A stretch of 64,000 bases of DNA, taken from positions 5,022,001 to 5,086,000 of the forward strand of contig CM035360.1 in the NCBI GenBank assembly GCA_020137815.1, in the 5' to 3' direction. Below, one piece after another: positions 54,484 to 64,000 of the stretch. This stretch comes from Hormiphora californensis. Its lineage: Eukaryota > Animalia > Ctenophora. The notes under the pieces are model-generated. The model made no database searches. It saw nothing but the letters and a program-made list of their open reading frames with translations, and had not been told where the DNA came from. The stretch's first letter is position 1. Each line of letters starts with the position of its first letter. The translations under genes and the position numbers were made by a program.

Positions 54484-54676
54484 TATGAACGTTTGTTAGC
54501 CTATCGCGTTATAGGTTTAAATCACCTCCCCCTCACCCTCGGCTGGCGCCTCGGGATCGGAGTCGGGATTTAAACCAGTTTAATCGCCCTGCCGGGCGAT
54601 TAAACTCCAGTTGGCTGTCCCCAGCTCGCGCTGGGAACAGCCAACTTCATAACGCGCCAGTCTACAAACGTTCATA
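54484..54676. mobile_element. small multi-hairpin MITE
   Basis: TATGAACGTTTGT / ACAAACGTTCATA termini enclosing three internal stem-loops. Confidence 0.65.
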
Positions 54677-55537
54677 CTTCATATACAGGGTGTTTGGGAT
54701 GATGGTAAAATGAGATGGGGATTGCAAAATGAACAATGAGATGATAGCGAAGACTGACATGTTTTTATAGAGTGAGGCGTGAGCAAGATAGTGAAAGAGA
54801 GATTGAATGAACAAGATCTAGCTCTTTCCGGTTGAGATGAATATGAATTTATTTAGGAGGAACTAAATTGATGATAAAATGTTGTGTAAGAAGAGACACA
54901 CTGGACGCTTCACATGCCCTAGCATTCACTTCCTCCCTTGTGGCTTGGACGCATGCATACGAAACGGGTGATCGGAATGTGTGAACGGTCTCTAGTCTCT
55001 ACAGCAATGGGGTTGTTGGAGTTTAATGGCCTATCATGGGCTGCTAAAGGGTTAGGAAACTGATGGAAGTGATGTTGAGGTGGTAGCTGTGAATTTAGAT
55101 CTGTAATCTGTATATAGAAAAAAGTTTGACACTAGTGTGACAAGACAGTGAAATGAAGTCACGGGAAAAATGAAAACACGAATATTGTTGAGAAACAAAT
55201 CACAGCAAATGGCACACACAGTATTTTGACACAAAATAAACTCGTTATACAAAGCAAACATAACACACACACACGAGGGGGAAACACAATGAAATGGAGC
55301 ATTATACACTCTATCTGTAGTAGTAGTGAACTACAATGATGGCAATAACAAAAATATGCAAAAAACACTCTTTTTATTGGCCTTGGCCGTGTCCCTATAT
55401 CTTATCAATTAAAATTTCTAGGGTGCAATAATATATCATTACACCATAGAAATTAACAATACACACCCAGTCCTTACCCCTCTTCGTCTCCTCTCTCTCC
55501 CTCCTGGCTCAATATTCCACCTCAACATTCCTGCTTC

Positions 55538-55996
55538 TCACATATCCACACCGGGTGCTGGGGGTGAAATGTGATCTGGAAGGTAGGTTGCTGACACATC
55601 CGAATCGAAGTTGGTGTACCCCGACACGGCACTCTCTCCACCCCTCCTCCTATGCTCATTCCACGCATACACGGCATTAACTGCCTTAATCAGGATGATA
55701 ACTACAGACATGAAGATAGAAAACTTTCCATTAGCAGTGGAATTCATGATAGCATGGTAGAAAGACATTATCAGGATGTCGTTAACAACAGACACCACAA
55801 GGAAAGCAGTATAGAATAGGGAGAGAGTTGAATCTTCTTTGTTGCATATTGTCCATATTCCAATTGCCAGGATGAAATAGTTCATAAAGTGGTAAGCGGT
55901 GATGTACCAGCCTCCGTAGGGTAGCAGGGCAAATAAAACCAAGATGAAGAATTTGAGAGAGATGTTAGGGAGGGTTACTCCAAATAGTTCTGCCAT
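55538..55996 (-). CDS. AGTRAP: type-1 angiotensin II receptor-associated protein-like membrane protein
   Basis: LPNISLK, NYFILAIGIW, GKFSIFMS..LIK, RRRGGE pattern with 3-4 TM segments, as in AGTRAP. Confidence 0.8.
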   Translation of the reverse strand: MAELFGVTLPNISLKFFILVLFALLPYGGWYITAYHFMNYFILAIGIWTICNKEDSTLSLFYTAFLVVSVVNDILIMSFYHAIMNSTANGKFSIFMSVVIILIKAVNAVYAWNEHRRRGGESAVSGYTNFDSDVSATYLPDHISPPAPGVDM

Positions 55997-56213
55997 TGCA
56001 CCTGTGTGTACTGGAGGAAAGGATGTGTTACAATTTTGAACAAGACTGCTAAAACGGGGATGATAATTTAAGATTAAAGTTTAAACTAGGGCATCTGGGC
56101 ACACAAAATCATCTATGTCGGAGATCAAACTTGTACAATGGTCAATGGATCAATTAGCACATACACAGAGTCCTTTGAAATGGACTTTTAGAGGTGCAGA
56201 AAAAATAGTTCAA

Positions 56214-57240
56214 ATCATCATCATCATCATCATCATTAAACATTTAATATCCCGCTTTATAGCATATTGGTAAGATAACACTTAAAAAAGACAAAACTTT
56301 ACGGCTACCTTCCTGCTTTCAAAAGCGGTTTTTCTCTACTATGATCGATAAAATATAGTCCAGAGCTAGTTTATATAAATGTTCAAGAGTCCCTTGGTGC
56401 TTCTAACACCCTCTTTCCACGGATGATGTAGTGGGTTCCAGGGGACTGCTTTGCCTTCTCCTTCAGTTCAATCACTAGCTGTTTCCGTTCTCTCCGTTCT
56501 TCAACTGTTCTATCAGGAGAAATAAAAACTTTGCCGAACTTGTCGTTCTCTTTCAGCAGGGATTTCTTCGACAGGATCGACATTTGAGCGTCTCTGCTCC
56601 TCAGCACGACTTTTACAGGTCTTGCAGATGAGGACTGCTTTCCCAAGCGCTCGACAGATTTCATTTTCGGAGCCTCTTCAAGCTCAGTAAAAAGAGACTT
56701 TATCTGAGTTTCAATTTCAGCACTCTCTTCCAAGCCATGGATGATAATATTACACCCACGATCCTCAGAGGCAGCAACAATCGCTGACTGAATCTTCTTC
56801 GGCGCCAGAGCACTAGCACATTTCTTCTCCAAGACAGAAGCAAAACTCTTCATTTCTTCCTGTGCTGTTGACTGCACAGCTGTTATCTCAACCTCCCTTT
56901 TCTCTAGTAACTGCCTCTGAATATTCAGTAGTTCCTCTTGTGCTGCTACAAGGGCCCTTTGGGTTTTGATAAGCTCTTTACTGTGACTTTTGAGCTCCTT
57001 CTCATACTGATTCATCATCGTAGTTTCATACCCCATATGTGACAACTGTTCACCAACTGGGAAGCTCTGTTCAATGAGAATACGGCATGCACTCTCCACC
57101 AGGCCTAAAAATCAGCAGTGGCAATCCGTCATATTGGCCGTGCGCCCACGACGTCCTTCAAGTGGGCGGCCGATATGACGGAGCACTACTGTTAAAGTCT
57201 AAAGACAAAAGACGCCCACATCAGTCATCAAGAGACATCT
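56214..57240 (-). mobile_element. ORF1-only non-LTR retroelement (CR1/L2-like ORF1 at 56383-57099) with (GAT)n 3' tail
   Basis: Coiled coil, then NIIIHGLEES, ERLGK..RPVKVVL, VFISPDRTVEER; short 3' UTR ending in (GAT)7 at 56214-56235; no ORF2. 5' boundary uncertain. Confidence 0.7.
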
Positions 57241-57714
57241 CCTGGCGCCTCGGGCCTCCTGATGGGAGAGGCGCGACTTAAAACTTTTCTGTGGGTCACT
57301 CCTGACATACACTGGATAGTTCAGAGTTGGAATACGTCGCGTGATAAGGTGGCACACCAAGTGATTGCCGTCGGCAGTGTCCTGCACACGAAAAAGACTC
57401 GAAATCCGAACTTTTTGATTTTTCAAAAAGTTCAGATTTCGATTTTGAGCACAAATTTTTCATTTTTGGAATTTGAAATTGCGAATTCTAAGAAATTCGC
57501 GCGCGTTATTTCGTCTTTCGGGCAGCGTACTTTCAATTTTTCCGCGTCAGCCGCGATTTTCTGCTATTATTCCATGTATACAAGAATTATTGCATTATGT
57601 ATTCATAATGCGGTGTTTCCCTGCCCCAGATGAGTGATTGATGACTAAGCTTCAAATTCAGATTTTCCGATGAATTTTGCACTCTAAGAGCAATTTTTGG
57701 CTGATACGATGTTA

Positions 57715-57792
57715 GTTGCTATGGTAACCAGGGTGGTTGCTATGGTAACCAAGGCAGTTGCTATGATAACCAAGACAGTTGCTTAGGAGACC
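57715..57792. promoter_or_regulatory. tandem RFX X-box-like motifs (21-bp period)
   Basis: GTTGCTATGGTAAC x2, GTTGCTATGATAAC, GTTGCTTAGGAGAC. Confidence 0.55.
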
Positions 57793-57997
57793 CTAGTTGG
57801 TGAACAAGCGCTTCACCTTTACCCTCAGGCCTCAGTCATCTTAACACCAGTCACTTGCAATTATTGTGTGATAGTAGTTTCATGCTTGGAAGACTTGCTA
57901 CCACGTCATGGTACGGCTGTAGGGTACCCAAGGTGATTTCAGGTGAAAGTAGGAAGTGTTACGAGTGAGTAATTGCGCGCCACAATGTGTGTTAATC

Positions 57998-58202
57998 ATT
58001 TCCTTTGTTGCATCAACAAAGTGTGAGTTGAAAGATTTATGAAGGAGCAGACTTTGTTGCTATGTGTAACGGTGGACAGACGGACATTTTAGTTAACTAC
58101 ACAATCTGCTGATTTCTAAACCCTGAATGATCTTTTTAGCACGTGCGTGCTAAAAACATCATCCCGGGTGATTGCCTTCGGCAATCATCCGGGCAGGGAA
58201 AC
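57998..58202 (+). mobile_element. possible Helentron-associated (HINE/DINE-like) short element
   Basis: 5' inverted repeat CAACAAAGT/ACTTTGTTG, GGACAGACGGACA mini-repeat, and strong 3' hairpin CCCGGGTGATTGCC-TTC-GGCAATCATCCGGG. Confidence 0.45.
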
Positions 58203-58576
58203 AAATTTCAAACAAGCGTTTCTCATTGTCAAATGGTAGAAAGTATTCAAATATAGTTGTACACAATAGTACCCTAGGGTATAGACGGAATAGCGAGACT
58301 ATACACTTCAAAATCAACTCAAAAACAGCAGCTCGACAAAATCCTAAATTTCCTGACTGGACAGTGTACCCTGTCCAGTATTTAGCCAGCGTTCAGCAAT
58401 ATGAAAACAATATATTGATGAGGTAGGGTTTGTTATATAATATATATGTGTATGTTAAAAATGATCAATAATGTTAGTGTCCATGCTTCTCAGCGAGATT
58501 CTCGTTCTCTGTTCATCTGATGTTAGATGTGAATTGGAAGAGAACCCCTGCAGCAGCAAGTTGGCATGTGTTCTGA

Positions 58577-60903
58577 TTAGAGCTCTGTCTTGAGAGGTTC
58601 CAGCTCAACATCATCTAGATCTGAGTAGTCCTCTTCGACGGGCAGCTGTGGGGGAGAAAGGATGTGATGATAATAAGATGTGGAGAGAGAAAGGAGGGGT
58701 AATAAAATGTGGGGAAACGGAGCAGGTTGTAAAATGTGAGGAGAGAGAAAGGAGGAGGTGATAATATGTGGGCCAATGAGAGAGAAAGGAGGGGTTCCAC
58801 CCTTAGAATTTGATTTAGGTCAGGAGTAGTGTGATACCCTGTCGACACCGTGCGACTCTCGCCGCTCGGTGTCGCCAGTGGTTGACCACGGTCTTCCTGG
58901 CGCGTCTGAAGTAACATGCTCTGCATAAACTGATTGGTGGGTGGCCTTGCTACGGCGGAGTGGTGGACGTGCTGGGGCGCCTAATAAGCGTGTTCGGTGC
59001 GGCCTCTACTACTTTCGGGCAGGTCATCCGCCAGACGCAGCAACCACAAACAAACAAACAAACAAGGAGGGGGGAGAAAGGATAAATGGGCAATGGGAAT
59101 AACTGAGTTCATAACTACAAATGCTACAGCAGTACAGGAAGGGAGAATTATTGGGTCACAATTGGGTCAGGGCTTGGGCACGTCGCGCCCCTCATGTTCG
59201 CTACGCAGGCAAGGCCAGGGCAGGAAAAACAAGGTGAACAACAATAGTGACTAGTGAGGGATATTGAGTTTGTTACCTGTCCGTCTTTTCCATCCCAAGG
59301 GGTGGCCTTCCTTAGCTTGGGTACCTCCTTTCTCAGAACACTGGGAGCAATTCGTCCGGCAATAACGTACCTAGGGGAATGGGAGGTGTAAGTACTGCTT
59401 TCCCACAACCAGGTTCTCTCAAAAGGATAAATTTACACATGGAAATTAGGCAATGTTTAGTACAGGGTGTCACTGTGGGATCATTAGTTGTCAAGATTCC
59501 ACGTGAACACCCTGTACAACGTTCAAGAAGTGTGCGGTAGTGTTGTGATACGTGTCAGTTTGGCGGTGCGATACGTAGCAGAGTGACGGCGCGCAACCTA
59601 CCACTATGAAGACAGCAACTCACCACACTTCACAGTTCTCGCGCGCTCCAGACATGACAGAGAAGAGTGAGAAAACTGTGTTCAACCCTGACTTCAACCC
59701 TTACTTCAGTTTGGCAGTTTAGTTTGGCAGCTTAGAATAAAAACTCACTGTAGGAACTCGTTAATAGAATCCTTGCTGAATCCACCACGATGATGAAGTA
59801 CAGCATTCTTCTTTACATTCACAGCAGCTAGGGCAGGGTATCCAGCTCCACCTAGTTCAAGAGATGCCTCCAGTTTATCTTGTTCCCCAGCAAAACTCCA
59901 GACCCATCTGAAGAAATAGAGGGGTTAGTTGATAATCAAATGATAGATAATTTTAGTTATGTAAGAGCAGCTCTAGATATACGGTGGTCGGAATTTGTGT
60001 CGGAATTGATGGTAAAACAGTATCAGTTAGTGAATAACTAACCCGAACTTCCTCTTCTTATATTTGTCTCCCATGGCCAGGAGAGTAGCTAGATACTCGT
60101 TCCTACCCTTGGCACCAGTATCAAGGATATCAGGTAGAATGCTGACAATACAGATACTTTTCTCTCGACATTCCTCAGTAAAGACATCGTCGTTCAACAG
60201 CTGAGGGGGATTATATTTTGTTACAGCTGCGGGGATTACATTTGGTTACCAGTTAATGTGGTTACTACCGTGAGGGGGAGGGGTTAGCCCCAATTGTAAA
60301 CCGTTTGTACAAAACCGGGGAAGACAACATACCGGAATCATCAGTGATCACCTACCTCTCGGTTCTCGGGTGGCTCAGCGAACTGTTCCAACTTGTTTTC
60401 AACAAACTGAACACGAGACACACAATGCCATACATGGGCATCACGTGGCACACAATACCATATATGGGCATCACGTGACATTCACCTACCTCTCGGATCT
60501 CGGGTGGCTCAGCGAACTGTTCCAACTTGTTCTCAACAAACTGAACAATATCACCAGCACTCCTTCCACCATCATACTCCTCAGCATCTAACTTGGCTCC
60601 AGCGGGGAAGTATTTAATGGTTGGGTATCCCCGGACACCATATCTCTGGGCAAGATCTGGGAACTGGGTGGCATCCACCGCGCCCAACTTGGCTTTTCCC
60701 TTCAGGGTAGAGGCGGCACTGGCCCACTCAGGAGCGAGCTTTTTGCAGTGACCACACCAGGGAGCATAGAATTCAACCAACCACATGTCTTTACTGTCAA
60801 GGACCTAGAGGGGAAGTAGAGGGAGAAATAGAGACAGACATACAGACATACAGACAGACAGACAGACAGAAAAACAGACAGACAGAAAAACAGACAGACA
60901 GAC

Positions 60904-60935
<32 letters not shown>

Positions 60936-60949
60936 CGACATAAGTACAA

Positions 60950-60981
<32 letters not shown>

Positions 60982-61764
60982 TGTTGTTACCTCCTTGTCG
61001 AAGATGGAGCTAGTCAGTTCAATGACGTCAGCAGGGTTTCCCTTCTTAGATCCACCACTACCACTTCCACCACTGCTGCTGCCACCACGACCCGCTAGAC
61101 GGTCCTGGGCCACGGTCTGGGCATGTTTTAGTGCTTCTGCTACAATGGCATTGGCAGATCTGAGAGAAGAGGTGGTGTGAATTTGGTCCTTTTTTATTTT
61201 CATTTGGAATGAATGGTAGAACATAGAAGTGTAAAAAGTGGGGAGAACAAACAAAGATCCTTTTCATTTAATATGCACGAGGGGGAGAAGTGAAAAGTAC
61301 CTTTGGCTTTGATAATCAATGGGTTTCTTCTTATCCCCAGCGAAAATCTTGATCGTAGGGAATCCCTGGATTCCGAATCGTCCTCCAAGCTCCTTGTGGG
61401 CATCAACATCAGCAGCTCCAATCTTCACAATGCCCTTGAGGGCTTTAGCGGCCTTCTTCCACTCCGGAGTCAACTGCTGACAGTGTCCACACCTTTTAGA
61501 GGTAGATTGTGTATATATCAAGGGGTGTAATGTTATAAAAAATATCAGGGTGATGTGGAGACAATGCACTATTACCATTATCCCTATTTTGTCAATTAAT
61601 TCTAAAAATATCTCTTACCAGGGTGCGTAGAATTCAACAACCCAAACAGAATCATCGTTGAGGACCTTGGCGTCAAAGTTGGCCGGGGTCAAGACCTCTA
61701 CAGCGTCCCCAGAGGAGTAGAACGCCTGGGCTGTTGTTAGGAAGGCCGCTACAAGCAGCAACAT
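58577..61764 (-). CDS. PDIA6: protein disulfide-isomerase A6 (P5), multi-exon
   Basis: Signal peptide, two [11 protein letters not shown] thioredoxin domains with a Gly/Ser linker, [20 protein letters not shown]-terminal KTEL*. Confidence 0.95.
60830..60981. repeat. (ACAG)n tetranucleotide microsatellite in a PDIA6 intron
   Basis: Visible. Confidence 0.9.
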
Positions 61765-61938
61765 GATGTCCTAATTCGGAGAGAAAATTGGTTGTGATAC
61801 AATTCGTTGTTTAATTAATTTTAATTTTTTAAATTAGTATTTTGAAATTTTGAAAACAGTAAAAATGTTTAAATAAAAACGATACACAATAATTTATAGA
61901 TAAACACAACCAAAAATTAATAAAATCATGATGATGTG

Positions 61939-62553
61939 TTATTTTTGCCCCTGAAGATATTCTATTTGATCTAACAGTCCCTGTCTATATCCATTTGGTA
62001 GTCGATTTTGTACAGTCACTGATTCAAAACGCCCACTTGTAACAATACTGTTTACTATACACCGTGCAAAATATATAACATAGACACCACAATCATGACC
62101 ATTTGTTTGTTGTGAACAACACAGATTTTTACACTGAATTCTGATTTTGGTCAAAACTGACAGTTTTTGGATAATTTTCTTGGCATCAGTAGCGTTAAAT
62201 GAACTAGCTGTGTCTATATGATAAGCAGTTTGTTTCGATTTAACATAGCATAGCAATGACCAATGTGCCCCCGACAGGGTAGATGACACAGCTCTACTGT
62301 CGTTTACAGGGAGCAAGACAACATCAAACTTTTCCAATTCTAGCGGTCCAAACATTTCATTGAGCTGGGTTTCATCTGTCATTTTCATCAATTGCACGAT
62401 ACTAGGAGATACAGCAAACGCCTTGGAGCTCGTCTCGTTTAATATTTCGAGAAACAAAGAAATAACACTGTCTGTTAGGAACTCTCTTCCTCCCAGAGAT
62501 TTGATATCATCTTGGTAGAGAACTGTATCTCCATACTCTAACTTCACTGACAT
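61939..62553 (-). CDS. SENP8: NEDD8-specific protease (Ulp1 family), single coding exon
   Basis: LPVND, GAHWSLL (catalytic His), HIDT (Asp), QQTNGHDCGVYVI (Cys); 204 aa. Confidence 0.9.
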   Translation of the reverse strand: MSVKLEYGDTVLYQDDIKSLGGREFLTDSVISLFLEILNETSSKAFAVSPSIVQLMKMTDETQLNEMFGPLELEKFDVVLLPVNDSRAVSSTLSGAHWSLLCYVKSKQTAYHIDTASSFNATDAKKIIQKLSVLTKIRIQCKNLCCSQQTNGHDCGVYVIYFARCIVNSIVTSGRFESVTVQNRLPNGYRQGLLDQIEYLQGQK

Positions 62554-62847
62554 GTGTGATGTGCTCTAGAGTGATGACATCCAATTTAAAATTAAATAAT
62601 CGTAGTTCGGGTAACAAGCTTGAATGAAACTAAGATATGGCGTCGAATTCGTCGTCATAACAATTTTACACGCTATATCAGCGTTCAGCAGTGCTTGGAA
62701 ATTTTTTGAATATGCTACAGACCCCACGCACAGTGCGGGATAAAGCAGCACTTTTCACGACAAAACGATTTTGCCAGGGAAGGCTGACAGAGCTGGGACT
62801 CTGGCCCAGCGTGTTCGGGGACTAGTCACTAGAGCGGTAGTTGAAAA

Positions 62848-63900
62848 GTCAAAAGTGGAAACACAAAAAAGTGACACAAAAGTTTTTGGATTTCAACTTT
62901 TCAAAATTTAAACCGCGAGCGCGCGGCGCTGGATTTTGACGCGCATTTTGATAATGCAGCGTAAAAATATTTTGAAAATTTCTCAACAAATAAAAGTTTA
63001 AAGTCAAGTCGGATTTTTTGAAACTGTCACCCCCCTGAAATAACAAAATTTGCCATATCTCCGGTTCCTGATAAGATAGAGACTTGAAATTTAGAGGTTC
63101 GGAAGAACTTAGCAAGATCTTCGTAACTTCCAAATTTCAAGTCTCTATCTCGTCAGGAACCGGTTTTATGGTCATTTACGAAGTTTGAAAATACCCAGGG
63201 GGGTGACAGTTTCAAAAAATCCGACTTTCCGTTTCAAGCGACTTGACCCGTAATTTTGAAAAGCGCTGCCTTATCCCGCGCTGCGCGTGGCGCAGAACAT
63301 CGGGCCAGCAACGTTTGCCAACCCGTATAAAGTCGAATTTTTTAATCAAGGGACAGGGGCCGCGCATTCAGAGAGGTCGCGCGGCGTTGTATTTGCGCGT
63401 GACAATCGAGATCAAGTTCCTGGCAATCTTAAGACTTGAACCCGGAAGCGTTGGAAAGATAATTTTAAGACCTTTTCAACGCAACCAAGATCAAGTCTTT
63501 ATCTTATCAGGAAGAGGAGTTATGAGCAAAAACATTTAGCACGCGCAAAAAGACTTTGTAAATGCGCGGCCCCCTGTCCCTTGATTAAAAAATTCGACAT
63601 TACTCCATTTTTTTTCAACTGTTCACCCCCAAAGTCGTGCGCGGAATTGTTTTGCGCGTTTATCACATGTTAACGTGTAGCGCGCGCAGCGTAAATTAAA
63701 ATATCGCACGCGCACGAGTTGAGGGGTGAACAGTTGAATAAAAATGGACTTTAATTCTTGGAATTTGGCGCATTGCGCGTGTATTTACAAAGGGGAAATC
63801 CTGAATTTCCAGGAATCTCAGGTCAAGTCGTTTGAAACGCACTTTAGTTGGATTTCCAACAAAACTCAAAGTCAAAAACTTTTTTAATTTTTCCTGTAGC
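62848..63900. mobile_element. modular multi-palindrome repeat, family unassigned; boundaries uncertain
   Basis: Inverted pairs 63006-63227, 63332-63598 and 63614-63738. Confidence 0.6.
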
Positions 63901-64000
63901 TTTCAGAGAAGAAGGCAGCCTTCTTCTGATTTCTTCCTGTGGAAATCAGTTTTAGCCAATTAAGGGTCGATTTGGACACCTCCATAACCGAATTAAACCT

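Noticed and set aside
54900-54990. HDV-like ribozyme candidate (CAC-TTCCTCCCTT-GTG)
   Set aside because: L3 is too long and P1 pairing is poor.
58834-58872. Group II intron domain V look-alike (GCGGC-GAGA-GTCGC on minus)
   Set aside because: Lacks the AGC/CGC triad and the asymmetric AC bulge; no other domains.

Overview
Eukaryotic (animal) genomic DNA with spliceosomal introns and abundant (AG)n/(CT)n microsatellites. The repeat content and compact genes suggest a ctenophore such as Pleurobrachia (inference, not verified). Positions 1-41 kb hold a ZFP36/TTP-family tandem-CCCH gene (minus strand) followed by ~37 kb without a recognisable host gene. That interval contains MITEs (piggyBac-, mariner-, pogo-, hAT-like), a Helitron, several near-perfect palindromes, and a young 5'-truncated Penelope-like element with inverted pseudo-LTRs, each carrying a minimal hammerhead ribozyme. 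Positions 41-63 kb are a dense cluster of co-oriented genes: on plus, a small TM ORF, MRPL12, a mitotic cyclin and a DEPTOR-like tandem-DEP gene; on minus, SENP8, PDIA6, AGTRAP and eIF4H. Four observations stand out. (1) All nine genes have a splice acceptor 1-13 nt before the ATG and some gaps are only ~170-200 nt, which suggests SL trans-splicing and operons. (2) The TTP CNOT1-binding tail is out of frame with the zinc fingers. (3) The 12-mer TTTATGAAGGAG recurs in six unrelated contexts. (4) PDIA6 has a possible newborn cassette exon.
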